A DNA stretch of 32,000 bases from Xylanibacter ruminicola 23 (GCF_000025925.1 NC_014033.1:2460001-2492000); one strand, 5' to 3'. Shown: positions 23,554 through 32,000, numbered from the stretch's first letter. Program-made: numbers and translations. The notes: generated by a model from the sequence alone, not told the origin.

Positions 23554-25218
23554 ATGAAGACGAATGTTCTTAAACACAGTTTAGCAGCTGTTTGTTGCAT
23601 GGGACTGGCTGCATCGTGCACCCAAAAGGCAGCAGTAGTAGAAAGTCAGGAACTCACAACACTTAACACCGTTGGAAACCCCTATCTGCCATTGTGGGAG
23701 CATATTCCTGATGGCGAGCCTTACGTGTTCGACGATCCCGATAACCCAGGTAAGCAGCGTGTGTACATCTATGGTTCGCACGATAACCTGAAGGATGCCT
23801 ATTGTGGTCGCGACCAAGTGGTATGGTCGGCTCCAACAGACGATCTGAGTCACTGGCGTTACGATGGCATCATCCTCACCGTAAACCGAAATGCCCGAGG
23901 CGAGGTATTCGACTCAGCAGCTACAGCCGACGTGCTGTATGCACCCGATATCACTTTTGTAACCGATAGCACAGGCAAAAAGACATATTATCTGTTCCCC
24001 AACGACCAGACAGGCTACCGCAATGCACTGATTGCCAAGAGCGACCGTCCGGATGGGCCTTTCGAAGTATGCAACTGGAGCAAGAAGAACCCCAACCAGG
24101 TTGAGGGAATCTATGGTTTCGACCCCGCTGTGTTTGTTGACGATGATGGTCGTGTGTATGGCTATTGGGGCTTTGAGCACTCATACGCCGCCGAGATTGA
24201 TCCTGCCACGATGTGTACCGTTAAACCTGGCACGGAGATTATCGATGGCATGGTATCAGGCCGCAACGAAGAGGGTATCTTCAGTTTCTTCGAGGCATCG
24301 AGCATCCGTAAAATAAAAGATAAATATGTGTTTATCTACAGTCGCTTTACCAAGGATGGCGAGTTTGGTTTGCCCACTAGCAACTACAACTTAGCCTATG
24401 CCTATAGCGACCAGCCATTAGGTCCTTGGACTTATGGTGGTACCATTATCGATGCTCGTGGTCGCGAGATTAACGAGAAAGGCGACACCATAGCATCGGC
24501 TGTTCCAGATGGCAACACCCATGGCAGTATCTGCGAGATTAACGGACAGTGGTATGTGTTCTATCACCGCCAGACAGGCACCAACGAGTATGCACGCCAG
24601 GCCATGGTGGCTCCTATCAAGGTAACTGTCGAGGAAGGCGAAGGTGGTAAGGTAGAGATTACCGAGGGCGAATATAACTCCGAGGGTTTTGCACTCGCTG
24701 GTTTGAATCCATTCGAACGCCACTCAGCCGGTATTGCTTGCTGGCTTACTGGTCCTACACCTGCCGTTCACGAGTGGCCTAACAACAAGTTCTCGGGTTC
24801 GTATGTCGAGGTATCGTATGGTAACGATAAGAACTTCGACGATCCTTATGCCTTGGCCTGCAATACCAACCGTGTGGTTAACAATACCGATGGTTCAATC
24901 GTAGGCTACAAGTATTTTAACCTCAACGAGAGCAAGGGCAAGAATAATTTGAAGCTGTCGTTGAATCTCATCCCTGCAGGTATCGATGGTACCATCCAGC
25001 TGATGCTCGATCGTCCTTGGACATCGCAGAAAGGCAAACTTCTTGGTTGCTTCGAACTCAAGGCCGACATGCCACAGGAGGCAACCGAAGCCGTTTTCGA
25101 CCTGCCTGAGCTGGCCAAGCTTTCAGGAAAGCACGCCATCTACTTTGTATTCAAGTCGAATACCAAGCAGAAGTCGCTGTGCACCCTGTTGGATTTCGCA
25201 TTTCAATACTCAGAGTAA
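23554..25218 (+). CDS. glycoside hydrolase, GH43-like five-bladed propeller with C-terminal beta-sandwich; lipoprotein
   Basis: Lipoprotein signal LAAVCCMGLAASC. NPYLPLWEHIPDGEPYVFDDPD, RVYIYGSHD, FDPAVFVDDDGRVYGYWG and FFEASSIRKIKDKYVFIYS resemble GH43 blade/catalytic segments. The family call is from memory only. The ATG at 23554 is preferred over the TTG at 23518. Confidence 0.65.
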   Translation: MKTNVLKHSLAAVCCMGLAASCTQKAAVVESQELTTLNTVGNPYLPLWEHIPDGEPYVFDDPDNPGKQRVYIYGSHDNLKDAYCGRDQVVWSAPTDDLSHWRYDGIILTVNRNARGEVFDSAATADVLYAPDITFVTDSTGKKTYYLFPNDQTGYRNALIAKSDRPDGPFEVCNWSKKNPNQVEGIYGFDPAVFVDDDGRVYGYWGFEHSYAAEIDPATMCTVKPGTEIIDGMVSGRNEEGIFSFFEASSIRKIKDKYVFIYSRFTKDGEFGLPTSNYNLAYAYSDQPLGPWTYGGTIIDARGREINEKGDTIASAVPDGNTHGSICEINGQWYVFYHRQTGTNEYARQAMVAPIKVTVEEGEGGKVEITEGEYNSEGFALAGLNPFERHSAGIACWLTGPTPAVHEWPNNKFSGSYVEVSYGNDKNFDDPYALACNTNRVVNNTDGSIVGYKYFNLNESKGKNNLKLSLNLIPAGIDGTIQLMLDRPWTSQKGKLLGCFELKADMPQEATEAVFDLPELAKLSGKHAIYFVFKSNTKQKSLCTLLDFAFQYSE

Positions 25219-25221
25219 TAC

Positions 25222-25893
25222 ATGGAGATACAACCCATAGCATGGTTTGAATCACCATTCCCCACCAAGTTTGGTATTCCTCGTCAGAGCGGGTTGGTGC
25301 CCGACCTGACGGGGCGTATCGTGTTTGAACCAGAGTATCGACAGATGGAGGCCGTTCGCGGACTTGAAGCCTTCGATTACCTGTGGATTATCTGGGAGTT
25401 CTCGGCCAATCGCGATGCCGAAAAGAGTCTCACTGTGCGTCCACCCCGTTTAGGCGGCAACCAGCGCATGGGTGTTTTTGCCACCCGCTCGCCATTCCGT
25501 CCAAACAATCTCGGATTGTCGTGTGTGCGTATCGATCGCATTGAGCACGATGCCAAACTCGGCCCTGTCATCTACGTTAAAGGTGCCGACTTGATGCACC
25601 ACACCCCTATCTACGACATCAAGCCCTATGTGGCCTATGCCGATGCCCACCCCGAAGCCCGTAGTGGGTTTGTGGATAACACTGAGTGGGAACCTTTAAA
25701 AGTAGAACTTCCAAAAGAGTTGGAAAACAAAATCCCAACTGATCAGGTAGCATCCTTAATTGCCACCCTGCAGCAAGACCCCCGTCCCCGTTATCACAAC
25801 GATCCCAACCGCATCTACGGCATGCCGTTCCTCACCTTCGACATCCGTTTTAAGGTTGCAGATAATGTATTAACAGTGGTAGAGATAAAGTAA
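25222..25893 (+). CDS. trmO: tRNA (N6-threonylcarbamoyladenosine(37)-N6)-methyltransferase TrmO (TsaA/YaeB family)
   Basis: The FGIPRQSG, DYLWIIWEFS, FATRSPFRPNNLGLS and TPIYDIKPY segments are typical of TsaA-like domains. Starts 3 nt after the GH43-like stop. Confidence 0.87.
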   Translation: MEIQPIAWFESPFPTKFGIPRQSGLVPDLTGRIVFEPEYRQMEAVRGLEAFDYLWIIWEFSANRDAEKSLTVRPPRLGGNQRMGVFATRSPFRPNNLGLSCVRIDRIEHDAKLGPVIYVKGADLMHHTPIYDIKPYVAYADAHPEARSGFVDNTEWEPLKVELPKELENKIPTDQVASLIATLQQDPRPRYHNDPNRIYGMPFLTFDIRFKVADNVLTVVEIK

Positions 25894-25896
25894 AAT

Positions 25897-25940
25897 TTGC
25901 AAAGTACCTAAAGAAATTTTGCACTCTAAGTACTTTGCAA
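25897..25940. terminator. hairpin between convergent trmO and the C10 peptidase gene
   Basis: TTGCAAAGTAC (25897-25907) and GTACTTTGCAA (25930-25940) are perfect 11-bp arms with a 22-nt loop. Flanking T/A runs are weak. Confidence 0.5.
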
Positions 25941-25975
25941 TTGAAAAGTCCTTAGGAATTTTTGAGGTGCCTCTT

Positions 25976-27484
25976 TTACTTCACTTCTACCCATTTGCCG
26001 TTGCGCTTTACTGCTTTTACTTTGCGTACGCGGCGGGTGCCTATTTGGTTGAAGTTTTTAGGATCAACAGATGGGAGGGAAATCTGGCCTAACTGCTCCT
26101 GAGCACGCTTGGTGAGGCCAACAATCTTGCCATCACGAAAGGCAAACTCCATGTTGGCTGGGTCGATAATCACCTCGCGAAGATTAGGACAACCTTTCAC
26201 AAGATCGACACCTATCTGATGAGTAGAAGCTGGAATATAGAGGCGCTCCAGCAGGGTGCAGTTTTCAAATACTCCAGCTCCCAGCGTGTCGATAGATTCT
26301 GGTAACGTCACTTCGGTAAGGTTCTTACATCCACAGAATGTACCACTCAGAATATTACGCACACCCTCAGGGATGTGGATACTCAACAGATTGGGACAAA
26401 AATTGAATGCCCCCTTACGTATACGCCATACCGACGAGGGAATGTCGACTTCATTAAGCATTATACAAGTATTAAACGCATCACGCCCTATCTGCTTGAG
26501 CTTCTTAGGCAGACGGACATAGAACAGCGTCTGCGTAGCGCATAATGCGGAATCGGGCAGATATTCCACCTCGGCATCGCTCAGATCGAGTGTGTGCAGG
26601 TCGCCTCCCTTGCCGACAAAACGATCCATTTGTGCCATCTGCTGCAATACCTTGAAGTCGCTCTTGTCGAGTGGTCCGCTAACGCGCAGATGTCGAATCT
26701 GTTTCCACTCGTTCTGTGGCAGCAGCTCGGCCAACTGTCCGGCATGCTCGGTCTTTACCACCTTAGACTCTGGCACATAGTCGGCCTTACCTATTCCTAT
26801 AATTGCAGATTGGTTAATGTTGAATCCCCCAAGATCATCGAGCGCATAATAACCGTCGCCTTTACCATCCCAGCCGAAGTTCACGTGTACACGCGAGCCA
26901 CGCACTCCATCAATAATAAATATGTGGCCTAGATTTTTGTCTCCATTCAGAAGTGAGCCTATCATCATGACCGGTCGGCCGCCCTGCAACTCGTCCATAA
27001 TCAGCCTTCGCCAAAGCCTTCTGCCTTCATCGCCAGGATATTGTTCGCGCATGATGATATAGATGTACGGATTTAATCCGAAGCACTTCTTCATCGCACA
27101 AAGCACGTTGAAGGGATTGGTTCCACTGCTGTTTTTGCCGTACGCAGTAAAAGCATTGACGCCACAATCGGTAACCAATCGAGCGATAGCACGTGCCTCT
27201 TCAGGTGTAGACGGGCGCTGAGGCATCAAGTCCCACTGATATTTCTCGCCCTTGGGCGATACTGACGGCTCTTGCAGGTAGCGCATAACCTGTGCCATAG
27301 CGAGAGCGCCGCAGCCAGCAAGACTATTAGGACCTGCCAGCGACTCCTTAGGGCAGAACATATTATAAGGTGCGGCTTGTCCCCATTGGGTTTGTATCAG
27401 TGGCAGAATTTCTTGCGCCTGCATAGAAGCGCAGGCTATAACAGAGAATGTTAAGCCAGTAAAGTATCTTAATATGTGAAGCAT
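25976..27484 (-). CDS. C10-family cysteine peptidase (streptopain/interpain-like) fused to BspA-type leucine-rich repeats
   Basis: Signal peptide MLHILRYFTGLTFSVIACASMQAQ. QTQWGQAAPYNMFCP, catalytic Cys in AGCGALAMAQVMRY, His in GHIFIIDG, NFGWDGKGDGYY. The C-terminal half carries repeated (I/L)P.S(V/I)..I...AF..C..L units. The ATG at 27484 is preferred over 27583. Confidence 0.8.
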   Translation of the reverse strand: MLHILRYFTGLTFSVIACASMQAQEILPLIQTQWGQAAPYNMFCPKESLAGPNSLAGCGALAMAQVMRYLQEPSVSPKGEKYQWDLMPQRPSTPEEARAIARLVTDCGVNAFTAYGKNSSGTNPFNVLCAMKKCFGLNPYIYIIMREQYPGDEGRRLWRRLIMDELQGGRPVMMIGSLLNGDKNLGHIFIIDGVRGSRVHVNFGWDGKGDGYYALDDLGGFNINQSAIIGIGKADYVPESKVVKTEHAGQLAELLPQNEWKQIRHLRVSGPLDKSDFKVLQQMAQMDRFVGKGGDLHTLDLSDAEVEYLPDSALCATQTLFYVRLPKKLKQIGRDAFNTCIMLNEVDIPSSVWRIRKGAFNFCPNLLSIHIPEGVRNILSGTFCGCKNLTEVTLPESIDTLGAGVFENCTLLERLYIPASTHQIGVDLVKGCPNLREVIIDPANMEFAFRDGKIVGLTKRAQEQLGQISLPSVDPKNFNQIGTRRVRKVKAVKRNGKWVEVK

Positions 27485-27498
27485 TAAATATTCATTAT

Positions 27499-28365
27499 TT
27501 ATTTCTTGGCACCGATGACTTTCGAGATGTCCATCATCATGCCGCCGTTGCCAGTCATGATCTGGGGCATCTTGCCATCCCACTTCTCAATCATGTCCTC
27601 CTGAACAATCATGGGCGAGAGTGATGCGGCGATGGTGCGGTTGTAGTAGGCCTCGGCATCGGCCTTAATCTTCATGGCCTTGGCGTTACCCTCGGCTTTG
27701 GCCACAGCAATCTTGGCATTGGCCTCTGCCTCTTTCACCTCGTTCTCAGCCTTCAGGGCACTCTGGATGGCGGTGTTCTTGGCATCAATCATAGAGAGAA
27801 GCGATGATGGTGGGGTAATCTTTGAGGTGAACTCCTCAACCAGGAAGCCCTCGCTCATGAGCGACTTCTCCAAACGGGCACGCACATCGCGCTCGAAATT
27901 GGCACGGTTAGACATGAGTGAATCAGAGGTGTACTGGTTAGCACAGGTACGATAGGCCTCGTAGATACAGGTGCGGATATAGCCCTCCTCGAGTTCCTTA
28001 ACACCCACACGATATTTAGTAAAAATGTCGCAAGCCTTGTCGGGATTGATGCGGTAGGCAATGGTAGGATCCATCTCAAAGAGCGAAGCATCCTTGGCAT
28101 TTACCGAGAAGGTCTCATACTGCTTACGCTGGGTGAACGTAGGATAGGTAAACACGTTGGTGGTGATGGGATTATAGAACACCCAACCTTTACAAGTGCC
28201 CTCAACGCCACCATAGTCCTGCTCGTTGAGCGACCATTTGTGGAAACGGATACCCACCTCACCTGAATCAACTACTGTACAGCAGGTAGTAAACAGAATC
28301 AGAATAAACACAAAGCCTCCCAATCCGTAGGCCAGCAGACGATAATACGGTTTCAATGAATTCAT
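27499..28365 (-). CDS. SPFH/band-7 (prohibitin-like) membrane protein
   Basis: N-terminal TM helix LAYGLGGFVFILILFTT, SPFH core (VVDSGEVGIRFHKW...), and an Ala/Lys-rich coiled coil AENEVKEAEANAKIAVAKAEGNAKAMKIKADAEAY. The stop lies 14 nt upstream of the C10 start. Confidence 0.85.
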   Translation of the reverse strand: MNSLKPYYRLLAYGLGGFVFILILFTTCCTVVDSGEVGIRFHKWSLNEQDYGGVEGTCKGWVFYNPITTNVFTYPTFTQRKQYETFSVNAKDASLFEMDPTIAYRINPDKACDIFTKYRVGVKELEEGYIRTCIYEAYRTCANQYTSDSLMSNRANFERDVRARLEKSLMSEGFLVEEFTSKITPPSSLLSMIDAKNTAIQSALKAENEVKEAEANAKIAVAKAEGNAKAMKIKADAEAYYNRTIAASLSPMIVQEDMIEKWDGKMPQIMTGNGGMMMDISKVIGAKK

Positions 28366-28406
28366 AACTTATAGCTTTTTTATTGTTGCATGATTGATAT
28401 CGGTTG

Positions 28407-28414
28407 CAAAAATA
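28407..28414 (-). promoter_or_regulatory. -7 box for the SPFH/C10 unit
   Basis: The minus strand reads TATTTTTGCA, about 40 nt upstream of the ATG at 28365. No convincing -33. Confidence 0.4.
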
Positions 28415-28501
28415 CAAAAAAAGTTGGAAAGACTGCACCACCAAACAGATTTTTTCGTATATTCGCACCATAAAACATGTATTACTAAAAACCTTGAGCT
28501 T

Positions 28502-29605
28502 ATGAAAGTAGGAATTCCAAAAGAGATTAAGAACAATGAGAACCGTGTTGGTATGACGCCTGCAGGTGTGGCCGAACTTACACGTCGCGGTCATGAGGTA
28601 AGTGTGCAGCATACGGCTGGCGAAGGTAGCGGATTCAGCGACGACGACTATGTGAAAGCTGGTGCGCGCATACTGCCTAGCATCGAGGCTGTGTATCGTG
28701 AATGCGACATGATTGTGAAGGTAAAAGAACCCATTGAGCCCGAGTATGAGCTGGTTCGCGAGGGACAGTTGCTATTTACCTATTTCCACTTTGCCTGCGA
28801 AAAGGAGCTTACAGAGGCGATGCTGAAGAGCAAAGCAGTTTGTCTGGCTTACGAAACAGTACAACTGCCTAACGGTTCGCTCCCCCTGTTGCAGCCTATG
28901 AGCGAGGTGGCCGGACGCATGGCCACACTGAATGGTGCCTATTATCTGCAGAAAACCAAAGGCGGAAAGGGTAAACTGATTAGTGGTGTGCCAGGTGTGA
29001 GTCCGGCTAAGGTGCTGGTACTTGGTGGCGGTGTGGTTGGCGAGGCAGCAGCCTTGATGGCCGCAGGACTGGGGGCCGACGTGACTATCGCCGATATCTC
29101 GTTGCCACGTTTGCGCCAACTAGATATTGAGACACCAGCCAACGTGCATACCCTGTATTCGTCGGAGCATAACATCCGACAGATGTTGCCAACGGTTGAC
29201 ATTGTGATAGGTAGCGTGTTAGTACCAGGCGACAAGACGCCACACCTGATTACACGCGAGATGCTGAAACTGATGGAGCCTGGAACAGTGCTGGTTGATG
29301 TAGCCATCGATCAGGGTGGCTGTTTCGAGACATCGCGACCCACCACGCATAGCGAACCCGTTTATACCGAGGAGGGCATTGTACACTACTGCGTAGCCAA
29401 CATCCCAGGTGCTGTTCCTAACACCTCTACCCTCGCCCTCACTAATGCTACGTTGCGTTATGCCATTGCACTGGCTGATAAGGGCTGGCAGCAGGCTTGC
29501 AAGGACGACCCAGCACTGGCTAAGGGACTGAACATTGTAGAAGGAAAGGTAACCTACAAGGCTGTGGCTGATGTATTCGGTCTGCCTTACGAGAAGATTA
29601 TCTAA
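28502..29605 (+). CDS. ald: alanine dehydrogenase
   Basis: MKVGIPKEIKNNENRVGMTPAGV N-terminus and NAD Rossmann KVLVLGGGVVGEAAA; 367 aa. The ATG at 28502 is preferred over the ORF-track start at 28394. Confidence 0.92.
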   Translation: MKVGIPKEIKNNENRVGMTPAGVAELTRRGHEVSVQHTAGEGSGFSDDDYVKAGARILPSIEAVYRECDMIVKVKEPIEPEYELVREGQLLFTYFHFACEKELTEAMLKSKAVCLAYETVQLPNGSLPLLQPMSEVAGRMATLNGAYYLQKTKGGKGKLISGVPGVSPAKVLVLGGGVVGEAAALMAAGLGADVTIADISLPRLRQLDIETPANVHTLYSSEHNIRQMLPTVDIVIGSVLVPGDKTPHLITREMLKLMEPGTVLVDVAIDQGGCFETSRPTTHSEPVYTEEGIVHYCVANIPGAVPNTSTLALTNATLRYAIALADKGWQQACKDDPALAKGLNIVEGKVTYKAVADVFGLPYEKII

Positions 29606-29631
29606 GTAGGTAAAATTCCACAAAAATAAAA

Positions 29632-29668
29632 TTTCCCCAAAAGCACAACGCTCTTTGGGGAAAATTTT
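29632..29668 (+). terminator. terminator hairpin after ald
   Basis: TTTCCCCAAA (29632-29641) and TTTGGGGAAA (29654-29663) form a 10-bp stem with a 12-nt loop, followed by ATTTT. Confidence 0.6.
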
Positions 29669-29669
29669 A

Positions 29670-29677
29670 TAACTTTG
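29670..29677 (+). promoter_or_regulatory. -7 box for the PEP-binding kinase gene (near-leaderless)
   Basis: TAACTTTG lies only 9 nt upstream of the ATG at 29687. Confidence 0.35.
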
Positions 29678-29686
29678 TCGCCGAAT

Positions 29687-32000
29687 ATGGAAGAAGTAAG
29701 CAAGATACCACAGGAGTGGAACAAATTCTACTTGAAGAATGTGTCGTTCGTGAACCTGATGACACGACGCATCTTTAATGTGCTGATTGTGGCCAATCCC
29801 TACGATGCGTTTATGCTCGAAGACGACGGTCGTGTGGATGAGAAGATCTTCGACGAGTATATGGAGCTGGGTATGCGATACCCACCCACGTTCCGACAGG
29901 TGTCGACAACCGAGGAGGCACACGAAGTGCTACACAACACGGATATCGACCTGGTAATCTGTATGCCTGGTAATGCGGACAACGATGCCTTTACCGTGGC
30001 ACGAGAAATCAAGGCCGAGCATCCAAACATTCCCTGCGTGGTGCTTACACCCTTCTCGCATGGTATCACCAAACGTATTCAGGACGAGGATATGTCGGTG
30101 TTCGACTACGTGTTCTGCTGGTTGGGTAACACCAACCTCATCATGAGCATCATCAAGCTGATTGAGGACAAGATGAACATCGAGCACGACATCAAGGAGG
30201 CTGGCGTACAGATGATTATGCTGGTTGAGGATAACATCCGCTTCTACTCGAGTGTGCTGCCAAACCTCTATAACTATATCCTGGCTCAGAGTAAGCGTTT
30301 CTCGACCGAGGCGCTGAACCCGCATGCGGCTGCCCAGCGTAAACGCGGACGCCCCAAAGTGGTACTGGCTACCACCTACGAGGAGGCCATGCAGCTGTAC
30401 GAGAAGTATCACGAGAACACCTTAGGTGTTATTAGTGATACCCGATTCCCCATGCAAGTACACGAGGGCCGACTGAGCCACGTAGAGGATGGCGACCCAG
30501 AGGCAGGATTGAAACTGCTGAGGGAGATTCGCCGTCGCGACGAGTACGTGCCCCTGATTCTCGACTCTTCGGAGATAACCAACAAAGAAAAAGCCGAAGC
30601 TGAGGGATTCCACTTTATAGATAAGAACTCGACCAAGATGAATGTGGACCTGCACCACCTGATGGAGGAACACATGGGTTTTGGCGACTTTATATTCCGC
30701 GATCCGAAAACCAAGGAAGAGGTGTTCCGTGTATCGTCGCTGAAGGAACTGCAGGACAACATCTTCAAGATTCCTTACGACTCGATGCTCTACCACGTGA
30801 GTCGTAACCACATGAGTCGCTGGCTTACAGCACGTGCCATCTTCCCCGTTTCGGCCTTCTTGAAGCATGTTACCTGGCATAAGCTGCAGGACGTGGATGC
30901 CCACCGACAGATTATCTTTGATGCCATCGTACAGTACCGAAGGATGAAGAATATTGGTGTGGTAGCTGTGTTCGACCGATTGAAGTTCGACCGCTATGCC
31001 CACTTTGCCCGTATCGGTGAAGGTTCTTTGGGCGGTAAAGGTCGTGGTCTGGCATTCCTTGATAACATTATCAAGCGCCACCCCGAGCTGAACCAGTTTG
31101 AACAGGCCAAGGTATCGATTCCCAAAACGGTGGTATTGTGTACCGATTTCTTCGACGAGTTTATGGAGAAGAACAACCTGTGGACAATTGCCCTGAGCGA
31201 TGCCAGCGACGAGGAGATACTGCAGCACTTTATGCGTGCCCAGTTGCCCGACTCGCTGATAGCCGATTTCTTTACCTTCTTTGATGCCGTAAAGAGTCCT
31301 ATCGCCATCCGTTCAAGTTCGTTGCTCGAGGATTCGCACTACCAGCCCTTTGCAGGTATCTACTCTACCTACATGATTCCATATCTGGATGATAAGTACG
31401 AGATGCTGCGCATGTTGGCCTGTGCCATCAAGGGTGTGTATGCCTCGGTTTACTATAAGGACTCGAAGGCCTACATGCTGGCCACACAGAACGTGATCGA
31501 CCAGGAGAAGATGGCTGTGATTCTGCAGGAGGTAGTGGGCAAGCAGTATGGCGACCTGTACTACCCCAACTTCAGTGGTGTGCTACGTTCGTTGAACTAC
31601 TACCCCATCGGCGACGAGACTGCCGAAGAGGGTATTGCATCGCTGGCAGTAGGATTAGGTAAATATATTGTTGATGGCGGTCAAACCCTTCGCGTTTCGC
31701 CCTATCACCCCAAGCAGGTGCTGCAGACATCGGAGATGGAGACTGCCCTGAGCGAGACCCAAACCCGATTCTACGCCTTGGACATGGCCCATGTAGGCGA
31801 CGACTTTAAGGTTGACGACGGCTTTAACATCAAGAAGGTACGTGTAAAGCAGGCAGCCGAAGATGGAGCCCTGACCTATCTGGCCTCGACCTACGACCCC
31901 GTAGATCAGATTATCCGCGATGGTATCTACGAGGGCGGCCGAAAGGTAATCTCGTTCTGCGGTGTGCTGCAGCACGATGTATTCCCATTACCCGAGCTGT
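29687..32000 (+). CDS. PEP/pyruvate-binding (PEP synthase / PPDK N-terminal ATP-grasp) protein with N-terminal pseudo-receiver and receiver domains; 3' end outside window
   Basis: I translated the frame from the ATG at 29687 by hand: 771 sense codons with no stop up to nt 32000. RIGEGSLGGKGRGLAFL and IAIRSSSLLEDS...FAGIYSTY are PPDK_N-type nucleotide-binding motifs. Two CheY-like modules lie upstream. It is absent from the ORF track because it has no stop in the window. Confidence 0.8.
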   Translation, partial: MEEVSKIPQEWNKFYLKNVSFVNLMTRRIFNVLIVANPYDAFMLEDDGRVDEKIFDEYMELGMRYPPTFRQVSTTEEAHEVLHNTDIDLVICMPGNADNDAFTVAREIKAEHPNIPCVVLTPFSHGITKRIQDEDMSVFDYVFCWLGNTNLIMSIIKLIEDKMNIEHDIKEAGVQMIMLVEDNIRFYSSVLPNLYNYILAQSKRFSTEALNPHAAAQRKRGRPKVVLATTYEEAMQLYEKYHENTLGVISDTRFPMQVHEGRLSHVEDGDPEAGLKLLREIRRRDEYVPLILDSSEITNKEKAEAEGFHFIDKNSTKMNVDLHHLMEEHMGFGDFIFRDPKTKEEVFRVSSLKELQDNIFKIPYDSMLYHVSRNHMSRWLTARAIFPVSAFLKHVTWHKLQDVDAHRQIIFDAIVQYRRMKNIGVVAVFDRLKFDRYAHFARIGEGSLGGKGRGLAFLDNIIKRHPELNQFEQAKVSIPKTVVLCTDFFDEFMEKNNLWTIALSDASDEEILQHFMRAQLPDSLIADFFTFFDAVKSPIAIRSSSLLEDSHYQPFAGIYSTYMIPYLDDKYEMLRMLACAIKGVYASVYYKDSKAYMLATQNVIDQEKMAVILQEVVGKQYGDLYYPNFSGVLRSLNYYPIGDETAEEGIASLAVGLGKYIVDGGQTLRVSPYHPKQVLQTSEMETALSETQTRFYALDMAHVGDDFKVDDGFNIKKVRVKQAAEDGALTYLASTYDPVDQIIRDGIYEGGRKVISFCGVLQHDVFPLPEL

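Noticed and set aside
29219-31975. Six minus-strand ORFs from the track (234, 160, 119, 268, 104 and 106 aa) covering the last 2.7 kb.
   Set aside because: They tile the antisense strand of ald (28502-29605) and of the uninterrupted 771-codon + strand frame, which has clear PPDK_N and receiver motifs. They overlap one another in different frames, and their products have no recognisable domains.
1-32000. Scanned for mobile elements, CRISPR arrays, tRNA/rRNA genes, toxin-antitoxin pairs and known defence-system hallmarks.
   Set aside because: No transposase, integrase or recombinase-like ORF was found. There are no regularly spaced 25-40-bp repeats, no cloverleaf-capable conserved tRNA boxes in the intergenic gaps (the largest gap is 254 bp), and no small paired ORFs. 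The window reads as core chromosome with one regulatory/efflux island.

Overview
This window looks like a chromosomal segment from a Bacteroidota genome, Prevotella/Bacteroides-like. The assignment is inference: TAnnTTTG(CA) -7 boxes sit ahead of almost every transcription unit, spacers are A/T-rich without Shine-Dalgarno sequences, and the gene content includes a BspA-type LRR protein, a DUF6377-like regulator and a C10 peptidase. I support 26 protein genes and found no rRNA, tRNA, CRISPR array, transposase or integrase. Gene order: ddh (5' partial), purN; then on the minus strand a self-contained glycine-cleavage operon lplA-like/gcvT/gcvH/gcvPA/gcvPB/lpdA; a YqiA-like esterase fused to a degenerate NT5C/HAD-like domain; aqpZ and a FucP-family MFS transporter; a TlpA-like thioredoxin lipoprotein. 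The most unusual block is 12.4-22.3 kb. It holds two tandem membrane-tethered sensor/HTH regulators with near-identical promoter architecture, a TolC-MacA-MacB(ATPase)-MacB(permease) pump, and a sensor-less LytS-type kinase plus LytTR regulator translationally coupled to the pump. After that come fba, a GH43-like lipoprotein, trmO, an SPFH protein co-transcribed with a prodomain-less C10 peptidase-LRR fusion, and ald. The window ends in a 771-codon open frame (pseudo-receiver + receiver + PEP/pyruvate-binding kinase) that runs off the window and is absent from the supplied ORF track. Sequence-level oddities: a perfect 19-bp inverted repeat between gcvH and gcvPA; five intercistronic junctions built from short tandem repeats, two of them (TAAACAT)4 arrays sharing a 16-mer; a 16-bp direct repeat in the largest intergenic gap; and an exact one-heptad duplication in a regulator coiled coil. 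All family assignments are by eye and from memory, not from searches.
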